Shown here one piece after another: positions 28,194 through 36,093 of a stretch of 64,000 bases of DNA. Each line of letters begins with the position of its first letter. Position 1 is the stretch's first letter. Source of the stretch: an uncultured Clostridia bacterium (GTDB lineage: Bacteria; Bacillota; Clostridia; Christensenellales; Aristaeellaceae); NCBI GenBank assembly GCA_937894675.1, contig CALCQO010000045.1, positions 103,937-167,936 of the forward strand, given 5' to 3'. Below the pieces are notes generated by a model. It saw only the letters and a list, made by a program, of their open reading frames with translations. It ran no database searches and was not told where the DNA came from. The position numbers and the translations under genes were made by a program.

Positions 28194-29996
28194 TTATGCC
28201 GTTTGCTCGAACTGGCTGTTGTAAAGTTCGGCGTAGAAGCCGCCGTTACTAAGCAGCTCCTCGTGCCTGCCCTGCTCCACGATGTCGCCATCGCGCATCA
28301 CCAGAATGATGTCCGCGTCCCGAATGGTGCTCAGGCGGTGGGCGATAACAAAGCTGGTGCGCCCCCGGGTCAAATTGCCCATGGCTTTCTGGATGCGCTG
28401 CTCCGTCAGGGTATCCACATTGCTGGTGGCCTCGTCCAGAATCAGGATGGGCTTGTCCGACAGGATGGCCCGGGCGATGGTCAGCAGCTGTTTCTGGCCC
28501 TGGGAGATGTTGTCCGCTTCCTCGTCAATGACCATCTGGTACCCCTCGGGCAGCGTGCGGATGAAGTGGTCGGCATGGGCTGCCCGGGCAGCCTCCACCA
28601 CCTCCTCATCGGTGGCGTCGGGGCGGCCGTAGCGGATGTTCTCCATGATGGTGCCCGAGAACAGCCAGGTGTCCTGCAGCACCATGCCAAAGCAGGTGCG
28701 CAGGTTTTGTCTGGGAATACCGGCGATGTCCCTGCCGTCCAGCAGGATGCGCCCGGCGTCCACATCGTAAAAGCGCATCAGCAGCTTCACCAACGTGGTT
28801 TTGCCCGCACCCGTGGGGCCGACGATGGCCACCATCTCGCCGCTTTGTACGCTGCTGCTGAAGTTTTTGATAACGGGCTTGGCCGGGTCGTAGCCAAAGG
28901 TTACATTCTCAAACACCACATTGCCCTGGGTGCAGGCAGCCCCTTCCAGGGGGGCTTCCTGGGGCTCCTCCTCCTCGTCCAGGAACTGGAAGACCCGCTC
29001 GGACGCGGCCAGCATGCGCTGGATGACGCTGCTCATCTGGGCAAAGCGGGCGATGGGCTGGGTAAACATGTTGATATACTGGGTAAAAGCCAGGATGTCC
29101 CCCACCTGGATGGCGCCTTGGGACGCCAGGATGGCGCCTGAGAGCACGGTTACCACATACCCCAGGTTGTTCACAAAGGTCATGATGGGGTGCATGAGAC
29201 CCGAGAGGAACACGCTTTTCCAGCCGGACTCGTAGAGTTTTTCGTTGGTTTCGCCAAAGGTGGCTTCCGCCTCATCCTCCCGGTTGAAGGCTTTGATTAG
29301 CTGGTGGCCGGAAAAGTCCTCCTCCACCTGGGAGGTAATCTTGCCCAGGCTTTCCTGCTGCTGCTTGAAGTATTTGCGGCTCACCTTGAACACCACGGCG
29401 ATGACCACCCCCGAGAGGGGCACCACCAGCAGCGCCAGCAGGGTCATCACCCAGTTGATGGACAGCATCATGATCAATACGCCCACCACCGTAACGATGG
29501 CCGACAGGCTTTGGGTAATGCTTTCGGACAGGTTGGAGGACACGGCGTCCACATCGTTGGTCAGGCGGGAGAGGATATCCCCCACAGGGTTGCTCTCAAA
29601 ATAGCGCATGGGCATGCGGTGGATTTTATCGCTCATCTTTTTGCGCAGGCTGTAGCCAAAGTCGGTGGACACCTGGGCCATCAGCCAACCCTGCAGCCAT
29701 TGGAAGAGGGTGGATACCAGGTAGAGGCCCAGCATCATCAGAAGGGCCCGGCCGATGCGCTCAAAGTCGATGCCGCCCGTGCCCTGCATCTTGCTGACAA
29801 GGCCTTCAAAGATAGCGGTGGTAGCCTGGCCCATGAGCCTGGGGCCGAAAATCTGGATAACCGAAGCGCCCAGCGCCAGCAGGGCCGCCAGGATAAAGCG
29901 CCCCCGGTACTTCTTCATACCGCCCAGCAGCCGTTTGAGGGACTGCCCGTAGTTCTTGGGGGCGTCGGTTGTCATGGGTCCGCGTCTGTGCTGCAT
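28194..29996 (-). CDS. ABC exporter, fused permease-ATPase (heterodimer partner)
   Basis: Six TM segments followed by an NBD: GPTGAGKTT, LSQGQKQLLTIARA, ILILDEATS. Confidence 0.85.
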   Translation of the reverse strand: MQHRRGPMTTDAPKNYGQSLKRLLGGMKKYRGRFILAALLALGASVIQIFGPRLMGQATTAIFEGLVSKMQGTGGIDFERIGRALLMMLGLYLVSTLFQWLQGWLMAQVSTDFGYSLRKKMSDKIHRMPMRYFESNPVGDILSRLTNDVDAVSSNLSESITQSLSAIVTVVGVLIMMLSINWVMTLLALLVVPLSGVVIAVVFKVSRKYFKQQQESLGKITSQVEEDFSGHQLIKAFNREDEAEATFGETNEKLYESGWKSVFLSGLMHPIMTFVNNLGYVVTVLSGAILASQGAIQVGDILAFTQYINMFTQPIARFAQMSSVIQRMLAASERVFQFLDEEEEPQEAPLEGAACTQGNVVFENVTFGYDPAKPVIKNFSSSVQSGEMVAIVGPTGAGKTTLVKLLMRFYDVDAGRILLDGRDIAGIPRQNLRTCFGMVLQDTWLFSGTIMENIRYGRPDATDEEVVEAARAAHADHFIRTLPEGYQMVIDEEADNISQGQKQLLTIARAILSDKPILILDEATSNVDTLTEQRIQKAMGNLTRGRTSFVIAHRLSTIRDADIILVMRDGDIVEQGRHEELLSNGGFYAELYNSQFEQTA

Positions 29997-29997
29997 A

Positions 29998-32151
29998 TTA
30001 CTCCCCCTCCCCCACGTCGCTATCCTTCAGGCTCAGTTCTTCCGTTTTCAGCTGGCTGGAGGCAATCTGCCGGTAGACATCGCTGCCTCGCATCAATTCC
30101 TCATGGGTGCCCTGGGCAACCACCTGGCCTGCGTCCAGCACCACGATGCGGTCGGCGTGCAGCACGGTGGAAATGCGCTGAGCCACCACCAGCACGGTGG
30201 CGTTTTGCCGCTGGGCTTCCAGTGCTTTGCGCAGCTTGGCGTCGGTGATAAAGTCCAGCGCGGAAAAGCTGTCGTCAAACAAAAGCACCTGGGGCTCGCC
30301 CGCCAGCGCCCGGGCGATGGACAGGCGCTGCTTCTGCCCGCCGGACACATTGCTGCCGCCCCTTGAAATGGGGCTTTGGTAGCCCTGCTCCATCTTGTCG
30401 ATAAACTCCTGAGCCTGGGCGATGCGGGCGGCGGAAATCATGTTATTGTCGGGCATCAGGGGATCGGAGAACTTGATATTGTCCTCCACCGTGCCGGTAA
30501 ACAGCTGGCTTTTCTGAGGCACAAAGCCGATTTTTTCGCGCAGCTGGTGGATATCAAACTGGCGGATGTCGGTATCATCCAGGGTGATTTTTCCCTGGGT
30601 CACATCAAAGAAACGGGGAATCAGGTTGAGGATGGTGGATTTGCCGCTGCCGGTGCCGCCGATAAAGGCGACGGTCTCGCCGGGGCGGGCGGTGAAGCTG
30701 ACATGCTGGATGCTGTCCTCCTCGGCGTCCGGATAGCGGAACGACACATCGTGGAAGGTGATTTCCCCGCGCACCTCCTCGGGCATGGGGACAGGGCTGT
30801 CGGGCGACTGGATGGAGGAGGGGGTGTCCAGCACCTCCTGCAGCCTTTCCAGCGCCACATTGGCACGGGGCAGGAAAACCGCGGTCATGGACAGCATCAT
30901 GAAGGAGGACACAATCTGCATGGTATAGGAGATGAACGCCATCATTTCCCCCACCTGCAAAGTGCCCTTGTCGATGCTGCCCGCGCCGAACCACACAATC
31001 AGGATGGAGATGACATTCATCACCAGCATCATGGCGGGCATCAGGGTGCTGAAGGAGCGCTGCACAAACAGCATATTGCCCGCCAGGCCTTTGCTGGCCT
31101 GGTCGTAGCGCTCGCGCTCAAAATCCTCCCTGGTGAAGGCGCGGATGACATTCAGACCCGTCAGGATTTCCCTGCCCACCTGGTTCAGCCGGTCGGTGAG
31201 CTTCTGCATCAGGCGGAAGCGGGGCACCACTACGAAGGCCATCACCGCCATCAGCGCCATGATGAGGCCCACCGCCACAAAGATAATCCAGCCCAAGCCG
31301 GTATTGGTGCTGCTGACCCGCAGCACGCCGCCGATGCCCAGGATGGGGGCGTAAAACACAATGCGCATGGTCATCATCAAGCCCTGCTCCACCTGCTGGA
31401 TGTCATTGGTGGTGCGGGTGATGAGGGAGGCGGCGGAGAACTTCTCCACCTCGGTGGAGGAAAAGGCCATGACCCGCCCAAACACATCCCGGCGCAGCCC
31501 CCGGCTGATGCGGGAGGAGGTGCGGGAGGCGAAAAAGCTGACCGAAGCGGCCAGGGCGCCCATGAGCAGGGTGATGAGCAGCATGATGCCGCCGGTGCGC
31601 AGCAGGTAAGCGTTGCGCAAGCCGTTCACATCGATGTTCAGTTGTTTGTATTCGCTTTCTACAAAGGAGGCGGCCGCCTGTTCCAGGGCGGCATCCCCGC
31701 CCATGCCGCCCAGCATGGTCTGGGCGCGGGTCTGTATTTCCTGCATCGAAAGGCCGCTTTGCCGCAGCTGGGTCAGCATGCCCTGCATGCCTTCCCCCTG
31801 GGGAAGCTGGGCCATGCCCAGCAGGGCCGCGGGCATCAGCAGCATGTCGTCCAGCTGTTTGCGCTCGTCGCCTGCCTTGGTTTGCAATACATACAGCCCG
31901 TCGGTCAGCAGGTAGGCCTTGTCAAAAATTTCCTGCTGCTGGGGGCTCAGCATGCCGCGCAGGCTGTCCCTGCTTCGCGCGCTCAGGTAGTCGGGGGATG
32001 GGCTGTCTATGCCGCTGCGCTGGATGCCTACATCCACCAGGCTGGATGTATACCCGGGCAGCGCCAGCTCGAACATGGCCTGCCCAAAGAGCAGCAGGAA
32101 CACAAGCAGGCTGGTTTTCCATTCCTTTCTGAGAATCCGTAGTAACCGCAT
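29998..32151 (-). CDS. ABC exporter, fused permease-ATPase with a long extracytoplasmic loop
   Basis: ORF trimmed to ATG 32151 (GGAGG at 32156-32160 on the minus strand). GGTGSGKST, VSGGQKQRLSIARA, VLLFDDSFS. About 140 aa are inserted between TM1 and TM2. Confidence 0.85.
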   Translation of the reverse strand: MRLLRILRKEWKTSLLVFLLLFGQAMFELALPGYTSSLVDVGIQRSGIDSPSPDYLSARSRDSLRGMLSPQQQEIFDKAYLLTDGLYVLQTKAGDERKQLDDMLLMPAALLGMAQLPQGEGMQGMLTQLRQSGLSMQEIQTRAQTMLGGMGGDAALEQAAASFVESEYKQLNIDVNGLRNAYLLRTGGIMLLITLLMGALAASVSFFASRTSSRISRGLRRDVFGRVMAFSSTEVEKFSAASLITRTTNDIQQVEQGLMMTMRIVFYAPILGIGGVLRVSSTNTGLGWIIFVAVGLIMALMAVMAFVVVPRFRLMQKLTDRLNQVGREILTGLNVIRAFTREDFERERYDQASKGLAGNMLFVQRSFSTLMPAMMLVMNVISILIVWFGAGSIDKGTLQVGEMMAFISYTMQIVSSFMMLSMTAVFLPRANVALERLQEVLDTPSSIQSPDSPVPMPEEVRGEITFHDVSFRYPDAEEDSIQHVSFTARPGETVAFIGGTGSGKSTILNLIPRFFDVTQGKITLDDTDIRQFDIHQLREKIGFVPQKSQLFTGTVEDNIKFSDPLMPDNNMISAARIAQAQEFIDKMEQGYQSPISRGGSNVSGGQKQRLSIARALAGEPQVLLFDDSFSALDFITDAKLRKALEAQRQNATVLVVAQRISTVLHADRIVVLDAGQVVAQGTHEELMRGSDVYRQIASSQLKTEELSLKDSDVGEGE

Positions 32152-32235
32152 AATACCTCCGCCATATAAAAAGCGGCAGTACAACTGCCGCTTTCGGGGT
32201 TTCCACCCGGTCGCACAGTGGTAAAGTGGCTGTGC

Positions 32236-32520
32236 TTATTGTTTCACCGGTGAATCAATCAGAATCTCTGTATCGTTGGCCATACAGATTTTCTGAACGC
32301 CATGTTTTCCCTTCATCTGCTTAATCAGAACGATGTTGGCGTCCTGCAGCAGCTTCATGTGGGTGGTGATGGCACCGCCGGTGATGTTGAGCGCTTCGGC
32401 AATCGCCGTCATGCGCATGGGTCCTTTGGCCGCAAGCAGCTCGACGATGGCAATGCGCGTTTCAGAGCTGAGCGCCTTGAATACGGCCATCCCTTTACGG
32501 TGTGACTTGATGTGAATCAC
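32236..32520 (-). CDS. ArsR/SmtB-family transcriptional regulator
   Basis: GTG start with AAGGAGGG 9 nt upstream. FKALSSETRIAIVELLAAKGPMRMTAIAEALNITGGAITTHMKLL is a winged HTH. Confidence 0.8.
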   Translation of the reverse strand: MIHIKSHRKGMAVFKALSSETRIAIVELLAAKGPMRMTAIAEALNITGGAITTHMKLLQDANIVLIKQMKGKHGVQKICMANDTEILIDSPVKQ

Positions 32521-32752
32521 AAAAAAAACCCTCCTTCTTCTTTTGCCTAACTGCGACTTATCAGCTATGCAATACCATGAATTATATCACACAATTAAGC
32601 AAATGCCTACTGGCTTCCATGAACATTTATTAAATATTTTCGATAAACAAGAAACACATAGTCCAGTTGCCGACAGTTTACGCGGGCGCTGCCGTCTCGC
32701 CCTATGCGTCAATGGGTATAAATATAAGGAAAGCCAAGCAGAGGAGGCGTCT

Positions 32753-33718
32753 ATGAGCATACAGAATATTTTGGTCATCCTGCGCGCGAATGAGGAGCAG
32801 CTGCGGAGGCTGCAGGAAGCCGCGCCCGAGGCCCATGTCCTGCGCCAGAGCGTGAAAACACTGACAAAGGAACAGGTGGAGCAGGCAGATGTTATTGTGG
32901 GCAACCTGCCGGTGGAATTTTTGCCCCACACCAAGGGGTTAAAGCTATTGCAGCTGAATACCGCCGGGGTGATCGCGCCTTATACTGACATGGCCGCCCG
33001 CCAGCCGGGCACCGTGTTATGCTGCGCTACAGGCGCCTACGGGCCCGCCGTGTCCGAGCATATGGCGGCCAGCCTTCTGACGCTGATGAAAAAACTTCAC
33101 CTGTACAGAGACCAGCAGTTCCAGGGCCTTTGGGCCGACCAGGGCAATGTGGAATCCCCCCGGGGCAAGCAGGTGCTGGTGCTGGGCATGGGCGACATCG
33201 GCACCCATTTCGCCAGTCTGTTGTCGGATATGGGGGCGGTGGTGACGGGCATCCGCAGGCGGCCATCCCAGCCCCCCGCGGGGGTGCAGCGAATCGCTTC
33301 CATGGAGGATCTGGACAGCCTGCTGCCCCAGAGCGACATCATAGCCATGGTGCTGCCCGAAACAAAGGATACCATGAACATCATGAATAAACGCCGCATC
33401 GGCCTGATGAAGCCGGGCAGCTACCTGGTAAACGCCGGGCGGGGCAGCGCGGTGGATCAGGACGCTCTAGTGGAGGCCTTGGAAAGCGGGCGCCTGGCAG
33501 GCGCCGCCCTGGATGTCACCACCCCTGAGCCCCTGCCCGCAGAGCATCCCCTGTGGAAGCAGAAGAACGCCCTGATCACCCCGCACATTTCCGGCAACTT
33601 CCACCTGCCGCTCACCTTGGATTTAATTTACGAAATTGCCGCCAACAACATCCGCGCCCTGCAGGGCAAGGCAGAATATCTATCCCGGGTAGACCCCCAA
33701 AGCGGCTACCGGGCATAA
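32753..33718 (+). CDS. D-isomer-specific 2-hydroxyacid dehydrogenase family protein
   Basis: ORF 32543 trimmed to ATG 32753 (GAGGAGG upstream). GMGDIGTHFA Rossmann motif, NAGRGSAVD, TPHISG. Confidence 0.8.
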   Translation: MSIQNILVILRANEEQLRRLQEAAPEAHVLRQSVKTLTKEQVEQADVIVGNLPVEFLPHTKGLKLLQLNTAGVIAPYTDMAARQPGTVLCCATGAYGPAVSEHMAASLLTLMKKLHLYRDQQFQGLWADQGNVESPRGKQVLVLGMGDIGTHFASLLSDMGAVVTGIRRRPSQPPAGVQRIASMEDLDSLLPQSDIIAMVLPETKDTMNIMNKRRIGLMKPGSYLVNAGRGSAVDQDALVEALESGRLAGAALDVTTPEPLPAEHPLWKQKNALITPHISGNFHLPLTLDLIYEIAANNIRALQGKAEYLSRVDPQSGYRA

Positions 33719-33727
33719 GGAGGGTTT

Positions 33728-34141
33728 ATGGTTATCCACCCCATGATTACCGTACGCGACGTGCGCAAAAGCGCCGCCTTTTACGAGAAGGTGCTGGGGC
33801 TGGAAAGCGCCCACGGCGGTACGGAGTATGAGCAAATGTGCTATGATGGTGAGCTGCTGCTGCAATTGCACGATATGGAGCCAGACTTGAACCATGGCCC
33901 CCTGCTGCGCCCCGAGGAAGCCGCTGGCCGGGGCGTGCTGCTGTGGTTTCAGACCGAAGACTTCCCCGGCCTGCTTGCCCGCCTGGAAGAAGCCGGCGTC
34001 ACCCCGGAAGTACCCCCCTACCTGAACGAATACGCCCTGCACCAGGAAGTCTGGTTCCGCGACCCGGACAACTATCTGGTCGTAGTGGCCGGGCCGTCGG
34101 GGCATGGGAAGCACAAAAAGGATGATAGGATTGTATATTGA
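33728..34141 (+). CDS. VOC/glyoxalase-family protein
   Basis: 137 aa. ITVRDVRKSAAFYEKVLGLE is a typical VOC N-terminal beta-alpha-beta motif. Confidence 0.7.
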   Translation: MVIHPMITVRDVRKSAAFYEKVLGLESAHGGTEYEQMCYDGELLLQLHDMEPDLNHGPLLRPEEAAGRGVLLWFQTEDFPGLLARLEEAGVTPEVPPYLNEYALHQEVWFRDPDNYLVVVAGPSGHGKHKKDDRIVY

Positions 34142-34142
34142 A

Positions 34143-34765
34143 GTTGCTGATTTTTCTTGGTACGGTATGATAAGCATACAAAGCGGCGTTAGGTGAACTA
34201 CGTTGTAGCTCCCTGATCTTTCTTGGTATGGTATGATTTCCAGTCGCTGCTTGATGGCTTCAACCTGGTTGTAGCTCCCTGATCTTTCTTGGTATGGTAT
34301 GATAGAAAAGGAATTGACGCGCCGGGAACTGCGGTTGTAGCTCCCTGATCTTTCTTGGTATGGTATGATAATTCCTTACACGCCTCGCACCAAAGACGGG
34401 TTGTAGCTCCCTGATCTTTCTTGGTATGGTATGATTGGCCGCACCAAGGGCAGAAAGCGGAATCAGTTGTAGCTCCCTGATCTTTCTTGGTATGGTATGA
34501 TCGGAACGTAAAGCGCAACGCGTGACTTTAAGTTGTAGCTCCCTGATCTTTCTTGGTATGGTATGATAAAGAAGCAGAGGGCACCATAACAGGTTCAGTT
34601 GTAGCTCCCTGATCTTTCTTGGTATGGTATGATAAGAACTCAGTTTTCTGCGGCGGGTCACTGGTTGTAGCTCCCTGATCTTTCTTGGTATGGTATGATA
34701 CCAGCGCTTCCCGCCCGATGGGGCCGTTAGTTGTAGCTCCCTGATCTTTCTTGGTATGGTATGAT
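34143..34765 (+). CRISPR. Type II-C CRISPR array: 9 perfect repeats, 1 degenerate repeat, 9 spacers
   Basis: The 36-nt repeat GTTGTAGCTCCCTGATCTTTCTTGGTATGGTATGAT starts at 34202, 34268, 34334, 34400, 34466, 34532, 34598, 34664 and 34730 (66-nt period). There are nine unique 30-nt spacers. A degenerate 29-nt repeat (34143-34171, 7-nt internal deletion) sits at the cas-distal end. The strand given is the inferred crRNA sense. Confidence 0.97.
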
Positions 34766-34777
34766 AGACAGGTCAGG

Positions 34778-34810
34778 AAACCCGCCGGATTCAAGCGTTC
34801 CGGCGGGTTT
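34778..34810. terminator. Hairpin between the last CRISPR repeat and the cas2 stop
   Basis: AAACCCGCCGGA-9 nt loop-TCCGGCGGGTTT. Only a short U run follows on either strand. Confidence 0.5.
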
Positions 34811-34865
34811 CACAACAAAAATATACACTTTCAATGGAATCAATCTTCCAAAATCCGATGTTTTT

Positions 34866-35186
34866 TCAGAAAAAAGTGATCTGCGTATTCATCGCGCTCT
34901 CATCCGCCACTGTCAGCTTTCCGATGAGCAGCGCCATGCTTTCAAACTGCTTTTCCGTTACCACCAGGCAGCGCACAGAGCCATTGTCCGGTACATTGTC
35001 ATCCAGGCGCGCGCGATGTTTGTTAACAGCATCCACCCCGTTGCATATCCGCACATATACGGAAAACTGCATCATGGCATAGCCATCCTTCACGAGAAAA
35101 TTACGGAAGCCCGCCGCCGCCTTTCGATTCTGGGCAGTGGTAACAGGCAGGTCAAACATCACTATCAGGCGCATAAACTTATTCAT
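34866..35186 (-). CDS. cas2: CRISPR-associated endoribonuclease Cas2
   Basis: 106 aa. MRLIVMFDLP...FRNFLVKDGYAMMQFSVY is the Cas2 ferredoxin-fold pattern. 8-nt overlap with cas1. Confidence 0.9.
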   Translation of the reverse strand: MNKFMRLIVMFDLPVTTAQNRKAAAGFRNFLVKDGYAMMQFSVYVRICNGVDAVNKHRARLDDNVPDNGSVRCLVVTEKQFESMALLIGKLTVADESAMNTQITFF

Positions 35187-36081
35187 ATTGATGCCTGCGC
35201 AGGGGGATGATAACAGGCAGAGTTAGGGGTATGATTCGGTTGAACTGAATCGCTGTAATGAGGCTTTGCACCATACGCTCAATCGCGTAGGGTATGCTGT
35301 GATGCTGCCCGGCAGATAGGATGTCGCACCCCAGCAGCCCGAAGATTTCCCGTTTATTTTGCGGGGTAAGCAGCTCATCCTCGGATATGTTCTGTATGAC
35401 AAATAAGTCGATCAAAGGACGAAAGGGTTCCATCAAATCGTCCGCTAAGTTCATGGCATTCAACTCGCTGCAATGCTGCAAACCATGGCACAGCAGCAAG
35501 CCGTATACCGCCAATGTGCGGGCTACACAGGCGCGCAGGATGGCGTAGCCATAATTCAAGGCGGCGTTGATGCCATTTTCCTCCCCGCGGCGGAAGCCCT
35601 TCCCAAACAACGCCCCAAAGTACTGGGCGGCCGCCGTTCCCTCCAGATATCCTTTATCGCCTGATTGCACCTGCCTGCTCATGCTGAATTGTTTTTCCGC
35701 CATGTCTTTGTGTCCCGTCAATTTGAGGCAGTGCGCTTGGTTGTTGATTTTCGCCTGCACCACCTGTTGCCATAGGCGGTTTCTTTTGGGCAAACTCATA
35801 TTCAGTTGCCGTTTAACAACCTGTAAGCGGCGGCTGTGCTGCTCATAGGGCAATAGAACGCCGCAGGGCAGATGCCGTTCATCGCACACCATAACGGCAA
35901 TGCCCCGCTGGGCCATGTTGGCCATGGCCGCGGCGGTAATGGTGCTTTGCCTATTTTCAACCAATATAGCACTGATGTCTTCCAGAGGGATGAGATGTTC
36001 TGTTTCCAGCGCGATGACAAGCTGCTGCTGACGGATGGACAGGTGCGCCTTGTTTTCCACCATGATGCAGCGATAGGCCAT
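35179..36081 (-). CDS. cas1: CRISPR-associated endonuclease Cas1 (type II)
   Basis: 300 aa. INAALNYGYAILR...HGLQH...NLADDLMEPFRP are Cas1 catalytic-region motifs. RBS AAAGGAGGG. Confidence 0.9.
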   Translation of the reverse strand: MAYRCIMVENKAHLSIRQQQLVIALETEHLIPLEDISAILVENRQSTITAAAMANMAQRGIAVMVCDERHLPCGVLLPYEQHSRRLQVVKRQLNMSLPKRNRLWQQVVQAKINNQAHCLKLTGHKDMAEKQFSMSRQVQSGDKGYLEGTAAAQYFGALFGKGFRRGEENGINAALNYGYAILRACVARTLAVYGLLLCHGLQHCSELNAMNLADDLMEPFRPLIDLFVIQNISEDELLTPQNKREIFGLLGCDILSAGQHHSIPYAIERMVQSLITAIQFNRIIPLTLPVIIPLRRHQYE

Positions 36082-36093
36082 GAAATCCCTCCT

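Noticed and set aside
22843-32224. ORFs 22843-23676 (+), 24271-24804 (+), 26996-27595 (-), 27804-29141 (+, 445 aa), 29304-30248 (+) and 30376-32142 (+, 588 aa).
   Set aside because: They are antisense to ddl, murF-like, AKR and the two ABC exporter genes. They have no SD sequences and artefactual composition.
34198-34794. Three overlapping minus-strand ORFs (106, 133 and 88 aa) with repeating SYHTKKDQGATT / YHTIPRKIRELQ peptides.
   Set aside because: They are translations of the CRISPR repeats read through 66-nt repeat-spacer units, which are divisible by 3. The periodic peptide is an artefact of the array.
34761-35210. A plus-strand 149-aa ORF over the CRISPR leader and cas2.
   Set aside because: It is antisense to cas2, which has the conserved Cas2 N-terminal pattern, and it has no RBS.
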